Shown piece by piece: positions 29,417 to 39,417 of a stretch of 41,568 nt of DNA (position 1 is its first letter; the number at the start of each line of letters is the position of its first letter). The position numbers were made by a program, and so were the translations under genes. Source of the DNA: a virus (lineage: Duplodnaviria; Caudoviricetes); the IMG/VR virus record IMGVR_UViG_3300025723_000077, positions 1 to 41,568 of that record; one strand, 5' to 3'. The notes beneath the pieces were generated by a model. It was not told the DNA's origin. It ran no database searches and saw nothing but the letters and a program-made list of their open reading frames with translations.

Positions 29417-31672
29417 TTACAACCTTTGATATGTAGTACTACTATTTGAATTAACACCAGAATTAGAACCATTCTGAATACTTTGTTGTACCGGCGTCAC
29501 TGTACCGTTACTGGTACGCAATGTACCACTGGCAAATTGGTCAATTAAGTCGTGATTAATATATCTTGCCATGCTCAATACCTGCTCAAATACTCCATTG
29601 CTAAAGTGATTTTCAATGGTTATAATTCTATACTGACCACTGAATAAGCTAGGATACATACCTGGCGGAGGATATACTAAACCTTGATTGGAAATATCTA
29701 AATCTAAATCAATTGGCGTATTTAAAGTAATACCTACTACCACTTCTCCCCTGTCTGTAGGTATGTGGCCGTACTGTTGTGCATAATCATACGCACTCTG
29801 TGTGCCAGTGGCAAAGCCTGCGTATAGCCAATCGTCTTGTTTTAATAGTGTAGGATCGCCGACAATTTTTAAATCTAAATTGATCATGTCGCCATTTAAT
29901 CCGCTGAATACCGAATCCACTACGTCGGCCGCAACACGAGCTGGAGGGTTTCCTTCAATGCCGGTATTAATAATATTAGGCTTGGTGGTAAAATTTCTAA
30001 ATCTAGCCGGTGTTATATTTCTGGCTTGTCCAATTTGACTTATTACCGTTCCTAACGTACTTGGTGTTAGCATTGGAATATATAATGTTTCTTCGCTAGC
30101 ATTAGCTGATGTATTTTTTGTCGCCTGTGTTGCTGCAAATATAGTATTATACTGTTGTAAGGCCGTATAATAAGTCATGTCAAATTTTAACTTAAAATCT
30201 AATACATCTATATTTTGACCAGTATAGATATAATTGTAATTTTTAATTGTGTAATTTCTACTGTCTGAAAACACAGGACCAGCTGGGTGTTCGCCCTTCC
30301 ATGTTGTGTAGGGATCAATGTGATAAACGGCCTGCACTGGATATTGTCCTCTAACAGAATCAACGACATTATTGTTTATAGTGCCTTTAATATCCATGCC
30401 GGCGTAGATAATCTGCGATGTTGTTTTGAATACCTTTAAGGGATTAGTTTGATCCCCAGTAGAGCTAGGCGATGCTGTTCCAATTCCCTGTGATGATGTC
30501 ATAAAAGATGACTGAATCATAATTCTAGTAATAACATCAAGTATAGGAGTATTGTGTGGTATAGTAAAAGTCTTTTTGTCAAACTTTATACCTTGTACCC
30601 CAGGATTTGTTTGCTGTAGTGTAGCCTGATTAGGATCTACAATAGTAGCTGACGCAATTGATACTCCGTTGGTTGTAGTAGTATCACAGACAAATTTATA
30701 AGAATCTGCGTATTGTGCTGACCCATTGGTTATGTTGTTTTGAAAATAGTTATTTAATTTTTTAGCAAATTCATCAAAGAACTCTTGTACTGTGCCAGCG
30801 GTAATGGTAATATCTGTATAGGTATTGGCCATTTCTGGATAGTGTGTCCAACCACCAGATGATGTAAACTCAATATTATACTGTGCTCCTTTTTTGTCTA
30901 TGTCTATGTCACATGACACTAGCTTGATAGGAAAACGTTTTCTGTATAATGCTGTTTTACTTGGTGGTATTTGTTGTCCCGCATCGTCGTAGCCAACAAA
31001 GTCTAATTGCAACATATATGGCTGTTGTGTATAGTTTATATACTTGGTGCCATCAAAGCCTGCATCAACTAGGGTATCAATAAAAGTAACGCCGTATGGC
31101 TCAACGATCACTAACTTGCCATCTATCATATTACTACTACGACTAGTTTTATTAGGGCCAATTGTAGTTGTAAAACTTACTTCTTGTATGTTGTAATTTA
31201 ATCCATAGTTACTAGAGTTCAGCGCAGGGCTTGGTACACGACGGTCAGGATATTTGCCTGAATCTTCAGCTACTACGTAACTCTTTGGCCCAGGTTCAAC
31301 GGCCATTGCAGCTGCCGGATCTGTTGCCGACATAATTTTATTAAAGTCCGCAACATCCAACCACCACATACTCCAGTTATATGTCCAGCTTGCAAACTGA
31401 TGCATGGGATTTGGTAATAGACTAGTAATAGGAGGACGATCGTCTGTAATTGTAACAGTAGGTAATGTGTCGCTTGATGCTCCCCCGGGTCCAGTTTCCC
31501 CAGTGTTACCGACACCATTGATCTCAATTGCCATTGGCGTGCCATTGGACGTTCCTACTGAATTAACTTCGGCAGTGGCCTGAGCATCGGTCATTGTATC
31601 GGGGTGCCCGGGCTCAATTAATGCATTATAGTAATTAATCTGGGCTTGAGTCCAATTAGATTGAATTGGCAT
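29417..31672 (-). CDS. Baseplate hub/tail protein (gp27-like position)
   Basis: PNPMHQFASWTY, I.EPYG, YMLQLDFVGYD, YNYIYTGQN.DVLDF, LKIVGDP and FSGQYRI..IE..FS.G.F.Q.L end typical of hub proteins. Confidence 0.65.
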   Translation of the reverse strand: MPIQSNWTQAQINYYNALIEPGHPDTMTDAQATAEVNSVGTSNGTPMAIEINGVGNTGETGPGGASSDTLPTVTITDDRPPITSLLPNPMHQFASWTYNWSMWWLDVADFNKIMSATDPAAAMAVEPGPKSYVVAEDSGKYPDRRVPSPALNSSNYGLNYNIQEVSFTTTIGPNKTSRSSNMIDGKLVIVEPYGVTFIDTLVDAGFDGTKYINYTQQPYMLQLDFVGYDDAGQQIPPSKTALYRKRFPIKLVSCDIDIDKKGAQYNIEFTSSGGWTHYPEMANTYTDITITAGTVQEFFDEFAKKLNNYFQNNITNGSAQYADSYKFVCDTTTTNGVSIASATIVDPNQATLQQTNPGVQGIKFDKKTFTIPHNTPILDVITRIMIQSSFMTSSQGIGTASPSSTGDQTNPLKVFKTTSQIIYAGMDIKGTINNNVVDSVRGQYPVQAVYHIDPYTTWKGEHPAGPVFSDSRNYTIKNYNYIYTGQNIDVLDFKLKFDMTYYTALQQYNTIFAATQATKNTSANASEETLYIPMLTPSTLGTVISQIGQARNITPARFRNFTTKPNIINTGIEGNPPARVAADVVDSVFSGLNGDMINLDLKIVGDPTLLKQDDWLYAGFATGTQSAYDYAQQYGHIPTDRGEVVVGITLNTPIDLDLDISNQGLVYPPPGMYPSLFSGQYRIITIENHFSNGVFEQVLSMARYINHDLIDQFASGTLRTSNGTVTPVQQSIQNGSNSGVNSNSSTTYQRL

Positions 31673-31673
31673 C

Positions 31674-31976
31674 TTAGATTCCTAGTGCGGAACGCACAGT
31701 AGCATATGATGGTACATAAATTACAGTACCTGTAGTAAAACTCATTAATGGGTCTAAAATAACATTAGGATTACGTACAGCAAATATCCACCAAAGACCG
31801 GTGTCTTGATATATGTCGTGTGCTAATAGATCTGGTCGCATGTTATACGCTGGGTCAATTTGATATACCGCATCGTCATTGGCCGCTGGTATTGTTGTAC
31901 CGTTCCATACATCAAGAAACGGTCCCCAAGTTGGAGTATTATAATAAGGACTACTCTTAGAATATTTCGCTGACAT
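31674..31976 (-). CDS. gp53: Baseplate wedge protein, gp53/LysM-like
   Basis: YNMRPDLLAHDIY.D..LWWIFA.RNP.......G..IYVP. Confidence 0.8.
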   Translation of the reverse strand: MSAKYSKSSPYYNTPTWGPFLDVWNGTTIPAANDDAVYQIDPAYNMRPDLLAHDIYQDTGLWWIFAVRNPNVILDPLMSFTTGTVIYVPSYATVRSALGI

Positions 31977-32965
31977 TATAGGAATCCGCCTGTTTTAAAG
32001 CCCTTAGCATAGCGACCATTTTGTGTTGCACCAAATGCACTGGCGCTGCCGTTTACGTTATTAATTAATGCTCCACGAGCAAAATCATTAAGGCTAAAGT
32101 TCTGACTTTGACTTAATCGGCTATAGGTTGGTTGTAGCGTAACCGTTATCTGGCTAGTTGTTGGCAATCTTGTACTGTTTAATCGATAGTTTGTAAATTG
32201 CGGATTATAACCTGTGTTAGTTGCTGCTGGTTCGGGAATATCCATATAGTCCACGTTGTCTGGCATAGTATGACTAAAACTTGTACAAACACAGGGTATA
32301 TTAGGCAAGTAATATTCGCCATAGCCATTTAAGTAAACAATTGGAGGAGGATTTCCTGCGTTAGGATCTGTGCCAAAGAACATTTTGGTAATGCTACGGA
32401 AAAAATAAATTGTTGCCAATAGGTACTGGCCTTCGTTTACGTTTTGAACTGAAAAGTCGCCGGTAATTGTAATAGGCTGTACTTCTGAATTGTTATAAAA
32501 ATACTGTGCATAGTTACTGTGCGTTAAACGCTGTGCTTCGTAGTTGGCTGTATGGGTGACTGTTACTGTGGGAGTATACGGGAAAACAACACCAACTCTA
32601 GTAGCGCCGGCGCTGTTAAATAGACTGCTAATTTGTCCGGCTATCTGATTTACGCCACCGCCGGATTCTTTAATCAATGGACTTAATAATGTATTATTTG
32701 AGTCATTGTAAAAATAATTGGCATTTGGTGCTAGACTAATGCGAACACGCCAGTCGGTATTAGCATTAGGATATATAAATTGCGGGCTAGGGCCTGCTGT
32801 TTTGCTACTATACTGAAACATGTCAGCTACGTTTTGACGTGTGCTAGCATTACTAAGCCCAACAGATCCTAGTGCGCTGCTGCCAATAGCCGCAGACACT
32901 TGAGACCCAAACGATGATCCGGATCCTGTAATCCCGGGCAATGCTGAATTTGGTAATACTGGCAT
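31976..32965 (-). CDS. Baseplate/tail tube initiator-like protein (gp48/gp54-type)
   Basis: DWRVRISL, GVVFPYTP, I.ITGDF.VQN, FFRS.TKMFFG, GNPPPIVYL.GYG; first gene of the tail operon. Confidence 0.6.
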   Translation of the reverse strand: MPVLPNSALPGITGSGSSFGSQVSAAIGSSALGSVGLSNASTRQNVADMFQYSSKTAGPSPQFIYPNANTDWRVRISLAPNANYFYNDSNNTLLSPLIKESGGGVNQIAGQISSLFNSAGATRVGVVFPYTPTVTVTHTANYEAQRLTHSNYAQYFYNNSEVQPITITGDFSVQNVNEGQYLLATIYFFRSITKMFFGTDPNAGNPPPIVYLNGYGEYYLPNIPCVCTSFSHTMPDNVDYMDIPEPAATNTGYNPQFTNYRLNSTRLPTTSQITVTLQPTYSRLSQSQNFSLNDFARGALINNVNGSASAFGATQNGRYAKGFKTGGFL

Positions 32966-32986
32966 ATAAGTCCTATGTTAGTATAG

Positions 32987-32994
32987 TATTTATC
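32987..32994 (-). promoter_or_regulatory. Putative late promoter GATAAATA at the head of the tail/baseplate operon
   Basis: CCGATAAATACT, the same context as at 26926. Confidence 0.65.
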
Positions 32995-33040
32995 GGGCGC
33001 ATAAACGGCTCAGATAATGTTTGGTAATTTCAAAATTAGG

Positions 33041-33070
33041 TTGACCGTGCTAGATTAAATATGTTAGTAT
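33041..33070 (+). promoter_or_regulatory. Sigma70-type promoter TTGACC-N18-TAGTAT with extended -10 TG
   Basis: TTGACC at 33041-33046, TG at 33062-33063 and TAGTAT at 33065-33070, upstream of gp55. Confidence 0.55.
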
Positions 33071-33094
33071 GTGCTAACTTTAAAGGAAATAAAG

Positions 33095-33973
33095 GTGCGC
33101 CACAATTATCTTAATAACAAAGACATTCTCAAAGAAATTCATAAAAGTAAAACAACATATTGTTTATACCTAAATCCAGCAGATTCCGAATACGATATAA
33201 TTTTACCAGATGTAAGTAAAATTAATAAAAAGAACATAGCAGAGGGCCGTAAAAATCGTGCCGAACGACTAACTAAGCTAGCACACGAAGCTGCTGTTGC
33301 GGCCGATGGTATTAAACGTAAGGTTGACGAATTTGAAGTTAAAGTCAAGGATGTGCCCGCAACTGACGTAGTTTTCCGTATTATGACTTGGGATCATATT
33401 CCCGTAGACGACGTTAAATCAAGGAAAGCTGCGGTTAAGGCAATGGAAGAAGAAGACGGTCCAGTTCGTAGCGAATACGACGATGACGAGTTAGACATTG
33501 CCGGTAATACCAAATATGTTAAATGTAACTTCCCTCCGTTCCAACACTATAAAGTTGATGAAAACAACACACCTATATGTGTAGGTAAAAGCCACTGGGT
33601 TGGTACATTAGAAAACGGCAAGTTTAGTCGCGAGCACGGTAAGATGACTCCTAAGCTAGCCCATATGTTTATTAAGCTGTGTGAGCGTTATGCTACTCGC
33701 AGTAACTGGAGAGGATATACATACAATGACGAAATGCGTTCACAAGCCTTGCTACAACTCAGCCAAATTGGACTCCAATTCGACGAATCAAAATCGCAGA
33801 ACCCTTTTGCGTATTATACTGCCGCTATCACTAATAGCTTTACTCGTGTCCTAAATATTGAAAAGCGTAATCAAAATTTACGTGATGATATTTTAGAAAT
33901 GAATAACCTTACTCCAAGTTATACACGGCAGGGACAAAAAATTAGTACAAGTTCTGGCACTTACGACGATTGA
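33095..33973 (+). CDS. gp55: Late-transcription sigma factor, T4 gp55-like
   Basis: NYLNNKD.LKEI ... NWRGYTY.DEM....L......FDE.KSQNPFAYYT....NSF.R....EK. Likely GTG start at 33095 after AAGGA; the track start is 33071. Sits next to gp47/gp46. Confidence 0.88.
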   Translation: MRHNYLNNKDILKEIHKSKTTYCLYLNPADSEYDIILPDVSKINKKNIAEGRKNRAERLTKLAHEAAVAADGIKRKVDEFEVKVKDVPATDVVFRIMTWDHIPVDDVKSRKAAVKAMEEEDGPVRSEYDDDELDIAGNTKYVKCNFPPFQHYKVDENNTPICVGKSHWVGTLENGKFSREHGKMTPKLAHMFIKLCERYATRSNWRGYTYNDEMRSQALLQLSQIGLQFDESKSQNPFAYYTAAITNSFTRVLNIEKRNQNLRDDILEMNNLTPSYTRQGQKISTSSGTYDD

Positions 33974-33993
33974 GCAAACAACCGTTTGCTTTT
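33973..33993 (+). terminator. Possible intrinsic terminator hairpin AGCAAAC-AACC-GTTTGCT-TTT
   Basis: 7-bp stem directly after the gp55 stop, followed by a short U tract. Confidence 0.5.
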
Positions 33994-34014
33994 CGTTTGA
34001 TAATTCTCTATACT
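33986..34014 (+). promoter_or_regulatory. Sigma70-type promoter TTGCTT-N17-TATACT for gp47
   Basis: TTGCTT at 33986-33991 and TATACT at 34009-34014; the ATG is at 34023 with no Shine-Dalgarno. Confidence 0.6.
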
Positions 34015-34022
34015 AAGATACT

Positions 34023-35039
34023 ATGACAAACCTTTTTAAGAAGGCGGCTATCTTTACTGACATCCATTTTGGACTCAAGAGTAATAGTACGCTACACAAC
34101 GAAGACTGTTTAAATTTTGTACGTTGGGCGACAGCCAAGGCCAAAGAAGAAGGGTGCGAAACTTGTTTGTTTCTAGGAGACTGGCATAATAATCGAGCAA
34201 GTCTTAACATCCTTACTTTAGGCTATAGCCTACGTGCATTGGAGCATTTAAATGAAAACTTTGATCAAACATACTTTATTCCAGGCAACCACGATTTGTA
34301 TTATCGCGATAAGCGTGATGTACAAAGTGTGGAGTGGGCCAAGCACTTATCTAATGTCCACATTTGTAACGATTGGACTACTATCGGCGACGTTACTATT
34401 GCTCCGTGGCTTGTTGGCGACGACCATAAGAAACTGAAAAAACTAAAAGGCAAGTATATGTTTGGGCACTTTGAGTTGCCCGGATATTTAATGAATGCCA
34501 TGGTAGCTATGCCGGATCACGGTGAAATTACCGGCAATGATATGCAGGGATTTGAGCATGTGTTTACCGGACATTTCCATAAACGACAAACACAACGTAA
34601 TGTAACTTATATTGGTAATGCTTTCCCACACAACTATGCCGACGCCGGCGACGATGATCGTGGACTAACTGTATTAGAATGGGGCAAGGCTCCTGTGTAT
34701 CATTCCTGGCCCGATCAACCTATGTATCGTGTATTTCAATTGAGTGACGTATTAAAGCATACGGAGAAGATGCTCGTCCCAAATATGCACGTTAGAGTAA
34801 ATCTAGACATTGATATTAGCTACGAAGAAGCTACGTTTATCAAAGAAACATTTATCGATACGTATAAACTTAGAGAGATTACGCTAATTCCTGCCAAGGT
34901 AACAGATTTAACTGATTACGAAATACAAGGTAATATTGAATTTGAAAGCGTAGATCAAATTGTCTATAGCCAATTAACCACAATCGACAGCAATCAATAC
35001 AATCCAAACTTGCTGTTAGACATTTACCGCAATTTATGA
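34023..35039 (+). CDS. gp47: Recombination endonuclease subunit, gp47/SbcD/Mre11-like metallophosphoesterase
   Basis: DIHFG, LGDWH, PGNHD, GHFE and GHFH motifs. Confidence 0.93.
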   Translation: MTNLFKKAAIFTDIHFGLKSNSTLHNEDCLNFVRWATAKAKEEGCETCLFLGDWHNNRASLNILTLGYSLRALEHLNENFDQTYFIPGNHDLYYRDKRDVQSVEWAKHLSNVHICNDWTTIGDVTIAPWLVGDDHKKLKKLKGKYMFGHFELPGYLMNAMVAMPDHGEITGNDMQGFEHVFTGHFHKRQTQRNVTYIGNAFPHNYADAGDDDRGLTVLEWGKAPVYHSWPDQPMYRVFQLSDVLKHTEKMLVPNMHVRVNLDIDISYEEATFIKETFIDTYKLREITLIPAKVTDLTDYEIQGNIEFESVDQIVYSQLTTIDSNQYNPNLLLDIYRNL

Positions 35040-35758
35040 AAATTTATGCAAACGGCTGTTCATATACCTATGGAGACGAATTAAAATCCCCCGGTACATC
35101 TGCATGGCCTGTGCTAGTTGCTAATAAATTTGGCGCCAGTTTAATTAATCAAGCTGTAAGCGGTGGAACAAACGAGCGTACTCTGTATCATACTGTAAAA
35201 AATATCAATCAAGATTTTGATTTATATCTAATTGCCTGGAGCGAATACAGTAGATTTACCTGTTACAGGGCAGACAATAATGCCGAAGTTAATTTTAATA
35301 TTCACCTAAAACATACCATGTACGAGCACGACCCCGCATATTCTACGTGGGGTAAAACTTATTATACAACATGGTATAATGAATTGTTTGCATTCAAATT
35401 ATGGTTACAACAAATTATACAGCTACAGGCCTTGTTTGAAAAAAATCAAAAACAATATCTAATGATCAATACTATGAGTAATCAGCTCGACCGCTGGTTG
35501 GTAGGCAAAGATGATTTTATTGCATCCGTTAATCGTATGATCAATGTTGACATTATGAATGATGATCAAATATTTGCAGAGTGGCAAGAAATACAGTATT
35601 ATGTAGAACAGATCGATACAACAAAATTTTACCAATGGAATCAATTCTTTATTAAAGAGCTATCAACTAAATTTGAATGTGGTCCAAATACTCATATCCT
35701 GGAAAAGGGTCACGAGTATCTAGCTGATATAATTTATAAACACTTATGTTCAAAATAA
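35036..35758 (+). CDS. SGNH/GDSL-like hydrolase-fold protein
   Basis: ANGCSYTYG (block I-like), NQAVSGGTN (block II-like) and HILEKGH..LAD (block V-like); overlaps both neighbours. Confidence 0.6.
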   Translation: MKIYANGCSYTYGDELKSPGTSAWPVLVANKFGASLINQAVSGGTNERTLYHTVKNINQDFDLYLIAWSEYSRFTCYRADNNAEVNFNIHLKHTMYEHDPAYSTWGKTYYTTWYNELFAFKLWLQQIIQLQALFEKNQKQYLMINTMSNQLDRWLVGKDDFIASVNRMINVDIMNDDQIFAEWQEIQYYVEQIDTTKFYQWNQFFIKELSTKFECGPNTHILEKGHEYLADIIYKHLCSK

Positions 35759-37515
35759 AAACTTTGACCGTTAAAAACTTTATGAGCGTGGGTAATACTA
35801 CCCAGGCTGTTAACTTTGACCGTAGCGACTTGACTTTAGTCTTAGGCGAAAACTTGGACTTAGGTGGTGATGACACTGGCGCACGTAACGGTACAGGCAA
35901 GACTACTATTATCAATGCTCTTAGCTTTGCACTATACGGCAATGCACTTACTAATATTAAGAAGGATAACTTAATCAACAAAACTAATAGTAAAAATATG
36001 ATGGTTACTATTGATTTTGAAAAGGACGGAGAGACCTATCGCATTGAGCGTGGGCGTAAGCCTGGTATTATGAAGTTCTTTGTTGGTGATAACGAAAAAG
36101 AAATCACCGATGATGCACAAGGTGACAGCAGAGAAACACAACAGGAAATTGAACGTATGCTAGGCATGAGCCACGATATGTTCAAACACGTTGTAGCACT
36201 TAACACATACACAGAGCCGTTTTTAGCACTCAAGGCAAATGATCAGCGAACTATTATTGAACAGTTATTGGGAATTACCTTACTAAGCGAAAAGGCCGAT
36301 AGATTAAAAGAATTAAATAAAGCCACTAAGGACGCAATTAGTCAAGAAGAATTCCGTATTAAAGCTGTAGGCGATGCTAACAAGCGTATCGAAGAACAAA
36401 TTGAAAGCCTTAAGCGTAGGCAAGGCATATGGATTACAAAACATGAAGAAGAGATTAGCAAACTCCAAGATGCGATTGAAGAGCTACAGAAAATCGATAT
36501 CGCGTCCGAGATTCAGGCACACCAAGCGTTTAAGACCTGGGACCAAACCCGAAAGGATATCAATGAGCTATCGTCGGCGATTAGTCGCACGAAATTGGAC
36601 TTATCCCGTGAAGAAAAGACGATTGCTAAGATCACAGCAGAACTTGTTTCGTTGGAAAATCATACGTGTCATACCTGCGGTCAAGAATTCCATGACGAAA
36701 AGCACCAACAGGTATTGGGATCAAAGCAGAGAGAATTGGATGGAGCAACGGAGTCAGCGAGTGCCCATGTTGCCACTTTGGCTGAACTACAGTCAGCTCA
36801 CAATGGGCTGGGCAAACTAGGTCCGCGTCCCGAAACGTTTTATGATAAAGAATCTGATGCTATTCATCATCAAGCTAGTGTTGACAATTTAATTAAACAG
36901 CTATCAGCCAAGGCAGAAGAATTAGATCCTTACGTAGAACAAATTGCTGAGATGCAAACACAAGGCTTAGAAGAAATTACATACGATGTGTTAAATGAAC
37001 TATCAAATCTTAAAGACCATCAAGAATTTCTACTTAAACTATTAACAAACAAAGATTCGTTTATTCGTAAGCGTATCATCGATCAGAATTTAAGTTATTT
37101 AAATGCCCGCTTGGGACAATACCTGGATCGTATTGGATTACCACACACAGTTAAGTTTAACAACGACTTATCTGTATCCATTACTGAGCTAGGTAGAGAT
37201 TTAGACTTTGACAACCTATCACGGGGAGAACGTAACCGCTTAATCTTATCCTTAAGCTGGGCGTTCCGAGATGTTTGGGAAAGTTTATATCAGCCCATTA
37301 ACTTGTTATTCATTGACGAGTTAGTAGACAGCGGTATGGATAGCTCGGGTGTTGAGAACTCCCTTGCTATCCTGAAAAAGATGAGTCGTGAAGCTAACAA
37401 ATCAATTTGGTTAGTGTCACACAAGGATGAACTAGCGGGTCGTGTAAACAATACACTACACGTAGTTAAGGAAAATGGGTTTACTACCTACAACACGGAC
37501 ATAGATATTGTTTAA
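35746..37515 (+). CDS. gp46: Recombination endonuclease ATPase subunit, gp46/SbcC/Rad50-like
   Basis: KNFMSVGN, Walker A NGTGKT, coiled coils, zinc hook CHTC, LSRGE signature, Walker B LLFIDE, and SH loop. Confidence 0.95.
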   Translation: MFKIKTLTVKNFMSVGNTTQAVNFDRSDLTLVLGENLDLGGDDTGARNGTGKTTIINALSFALYGNALTNIKKDNLINKTNSKNMMVTIDFEKDGETYRIERGRKPGIMKFFVGDNEKEITDDAQGDSRETQQEIERMLGMSHDMFKHVVALNTYTEPFLALKANDQRTIIEQLLGITLLSEKADRLKELNKATKDAISQEEFRIKAVGDANKRIEEQIESLKRRQGIWITKHEEEISKLQDAIEELQKIDIASEIQAHQAFKTWDQTRKDINELSSAISRTKLDLSREEKTIAKITAELVSLENHTCHTCGQEFHDEKHQQVLGSKQRELDGATESASAHVATLAELQSAHNGLGKLGPRPETFYDKESDAIHHQASVDNLIKQLSAKAEELDPYVEQIAEMQTQGLEEITYDVLNELSNLKDHQEFLLKLLTNKDSFIRKRIIDQNLSYLNARLGQYLDRIGLPHTVKFNNDLSVSITELGRDLDFDNLSRGERNRLILSLSWAFRDVWESLYQPINLLFIDELVDSGMDSSGVENSLAILKKMSREANKSIWLVSHKDELAGRVNNTLHVVKENGFTTYNTDIDIV

Positions 37516-38380
37516 TAGAGATATTAAAATATTGCACCTCGAGCCAACTGATGTATGTCAGGCGGCTTGTCCTCTGTGTGCCCGCGAAACAGATCCTGCG
37601 TTTGATAAGAAGATGCACAACCATTTAACAATTGAACAGATTAAAGAAAAGTTTAGCGAAGATTTTATTCGCGGACTAGATAAAATGTTTATGTGCGGTA
37701 ACTACGGCGATCCAGCTGCCGGCAAATATACTTTAGAAATTTTTGAATACTTTAGAAAAATTAATCCCAATATTACATTAGGTATGAACACCAATGGCGG
37801 ATTGCAAAACATGACGTGGTGGGTTAAGTTAGCACGACTATTGCGTAAACCCAACGACTTTGTTGTGTTTAGTATCGACGGTTTAGAAGATACTAACCAC
37901 ATATATCGACGTAATGTAAATTGGGAAGTGCTAGAAGCTAATGTAGCTTCATTTATTGCTGCAGGCGGTCCTGCACATTGGGACATGCTGGTATATCGAC
38001 ACAACCAACATCAAGTTGATGATTGTGAAGCACTAGCACGTAAGATGAAATTTAAATGGTTTCGAGCTAAAGTTAGCAAACGTAATTACATTAACGGTCT
38101 CGAAGAACCCATCGGATGGTTGCGCCCTACTTATACTCCAGGTCGAATTGATTGTCGTGCCTTAAGCGAAGCTAGCATTTATATGGATGCACAAGGTCGC
38201 ATTAGTCCTTGTTGCTGGTTAGGTGCTAGACAAAGCGATTTTATAACCGACATCAACGAAGTGGCTGTTAACTGGGACAACGTAGACCTAGTAGAGCCCA
38301 CCTGTGTTGTAACCTGCACAACAAAAGATAATATAACAGTATTTGATAGCCAATGGCAACGCGAGGTTGAACTATGTTAG
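37508..38380 (+). CDS. Radical SAM protein with C-terminal SPASM/twitch-like cysteines
   Basis: CQAACPLC, GNYGDP, TNGG, FSIDG; C...PCC...C...C tail. Confidence 0.88.
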   Translation: MFNRDIKILHLEPTDVCQAACPLCARETDPAFDKKMHNHLTIEQIKEKFSEDFIRGLDKMFMCGNYGDPAAGKYTLEIFEYFRKINPNITLGMNTNGGLQNMTWWVKLARLLRKPNDFVVFSIDGLEDTNHIYRRNVNWEVLEANVASFIAAGGPAHWDMLVYRHNQHQVDDCEALARKMKFKWFRAKVSKRNYINGLEEPIGWLRPTYTPGRIDCRALSEASIYMDAQGRISPCCWLGARQSDFITDINEVAVNWDNVDLVEPTCVVTCTTKDNITVFDSQWQREVELC

Positions 38381-39396
38381 CTACCTGGCATTTTCATATC
38401 GAAATAAGTTCTAAGTGTACACTACGCTGTACTCGCTGTGCGCGACAAGAAGTTCCGGATTCGTTAGTTAACACCGAATTAGATTTAGAATTTTTTCAAC
38501 GTAACTTTACACCAGAGTTTGTTCTAGCCAATGTAGAAAAGATTACATTCTGCGGCGACGACGGAGATCCAATTTACGCACATGATTTAATTTCAGTTGT
38601 ACGTTATATCAAAACAATCAAACCCGTTGAGATTGTTATTATTACCAATGGTAGCCACAAGAAAGCTGAATGGTGGGCTGAATTGGGATCTGTACTAGAT
38701 GCCGGAGATACTGTACACTTTAGCGTAGACGGATACGACAACGCCAGTAACAATTTATACAGAGTAAACAGCGATTTCGTGTCAATTATACAAGGTATTG
38801 AGACGCTAAGAGCCACGAGTAAATGTCGATTAGTATGGGCTGCTATTGCGTTTAAATTTAACGAAGAGCATATAGATTACATGCAATCGCTGGCCGATAA
38901 ACTAGGCATGGATGCTTTTCAATTAACTTTAAGCACTAAGTTTGGGAAAATATATCCCAATTATGGCTTGAACGATCCACTACAACCTAGCGATCGGTAT
39001 GTAAGCAGCTCGCATAGATTTGAAAGACGTGTTACAGTACTAAGCCAGCGCGGACTTAATAGCGAAGTTAAAAAGATTAATTTAGATTTGTTTAAGCAAA
39101 CACGCCCACAGGGTGATGTTATTCCTAATGTAATTCCCTTGTGTGAAATAGGCAATAAAGGATTGTATATCGACGCACAAGGAAGATTATTTCCTTGCTG
39201 TTGGGTAGCTAATCGCTACACTCACAACACAGAATGGCAGGAAATAGCTGAAAACTTCAATCTAAACACCAGAACACTAACAGATGCTGTTGCAGATAAT
39301 TTCTGGATAAGGGATTTTAAACAGTTTGGCTGGCAAGAATGTCGCACAAAATGCACAAGGAACGTGGTAAATCAAGAATATGCTACAGTTTGGTAA
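38374..39396 (+). CDS. Radical SAM protein with C-terminal SPASM/twitch-like cysteines (paralog)
   Basis: CTLRCTRC, GDDGDP, TNGS, FSVDG; C...PCCW...C...C tail. Confidence 0.88.
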   Translation: MLATWHFHIEISSKCTLRCTRCARQEVPDSLVNTELDLEFFQRNFTPEFVLANVEKITFCGDDGDPIYAHDLISVVRYIKTIKPVEIVIITNGSHKKAEWWAELGSVLDAGDTVHFSVDGYDNASNNLYRVNSDFVSIIQGIETLRATSKCRLVWAAIAFKFNEEHIDYMQSLADKLGMDAFQLTLSTKFGKIYPNYGLNDPLQPSDRYVSSSHRFERRVTVLSQRGLNSEVKKINLDLFKQTRPQGDVIPNVIPLCEIGNKGLYIDAQGRLFPCCWVANRYTHNTEWQEIAENFNLNTRTLTDAVADNFWIRDFKQFGWQECRTKCTRNVVNQEYATVW

Positions 39397-39417
39397 TAAA
39401 GAGATAACTATGTATGA

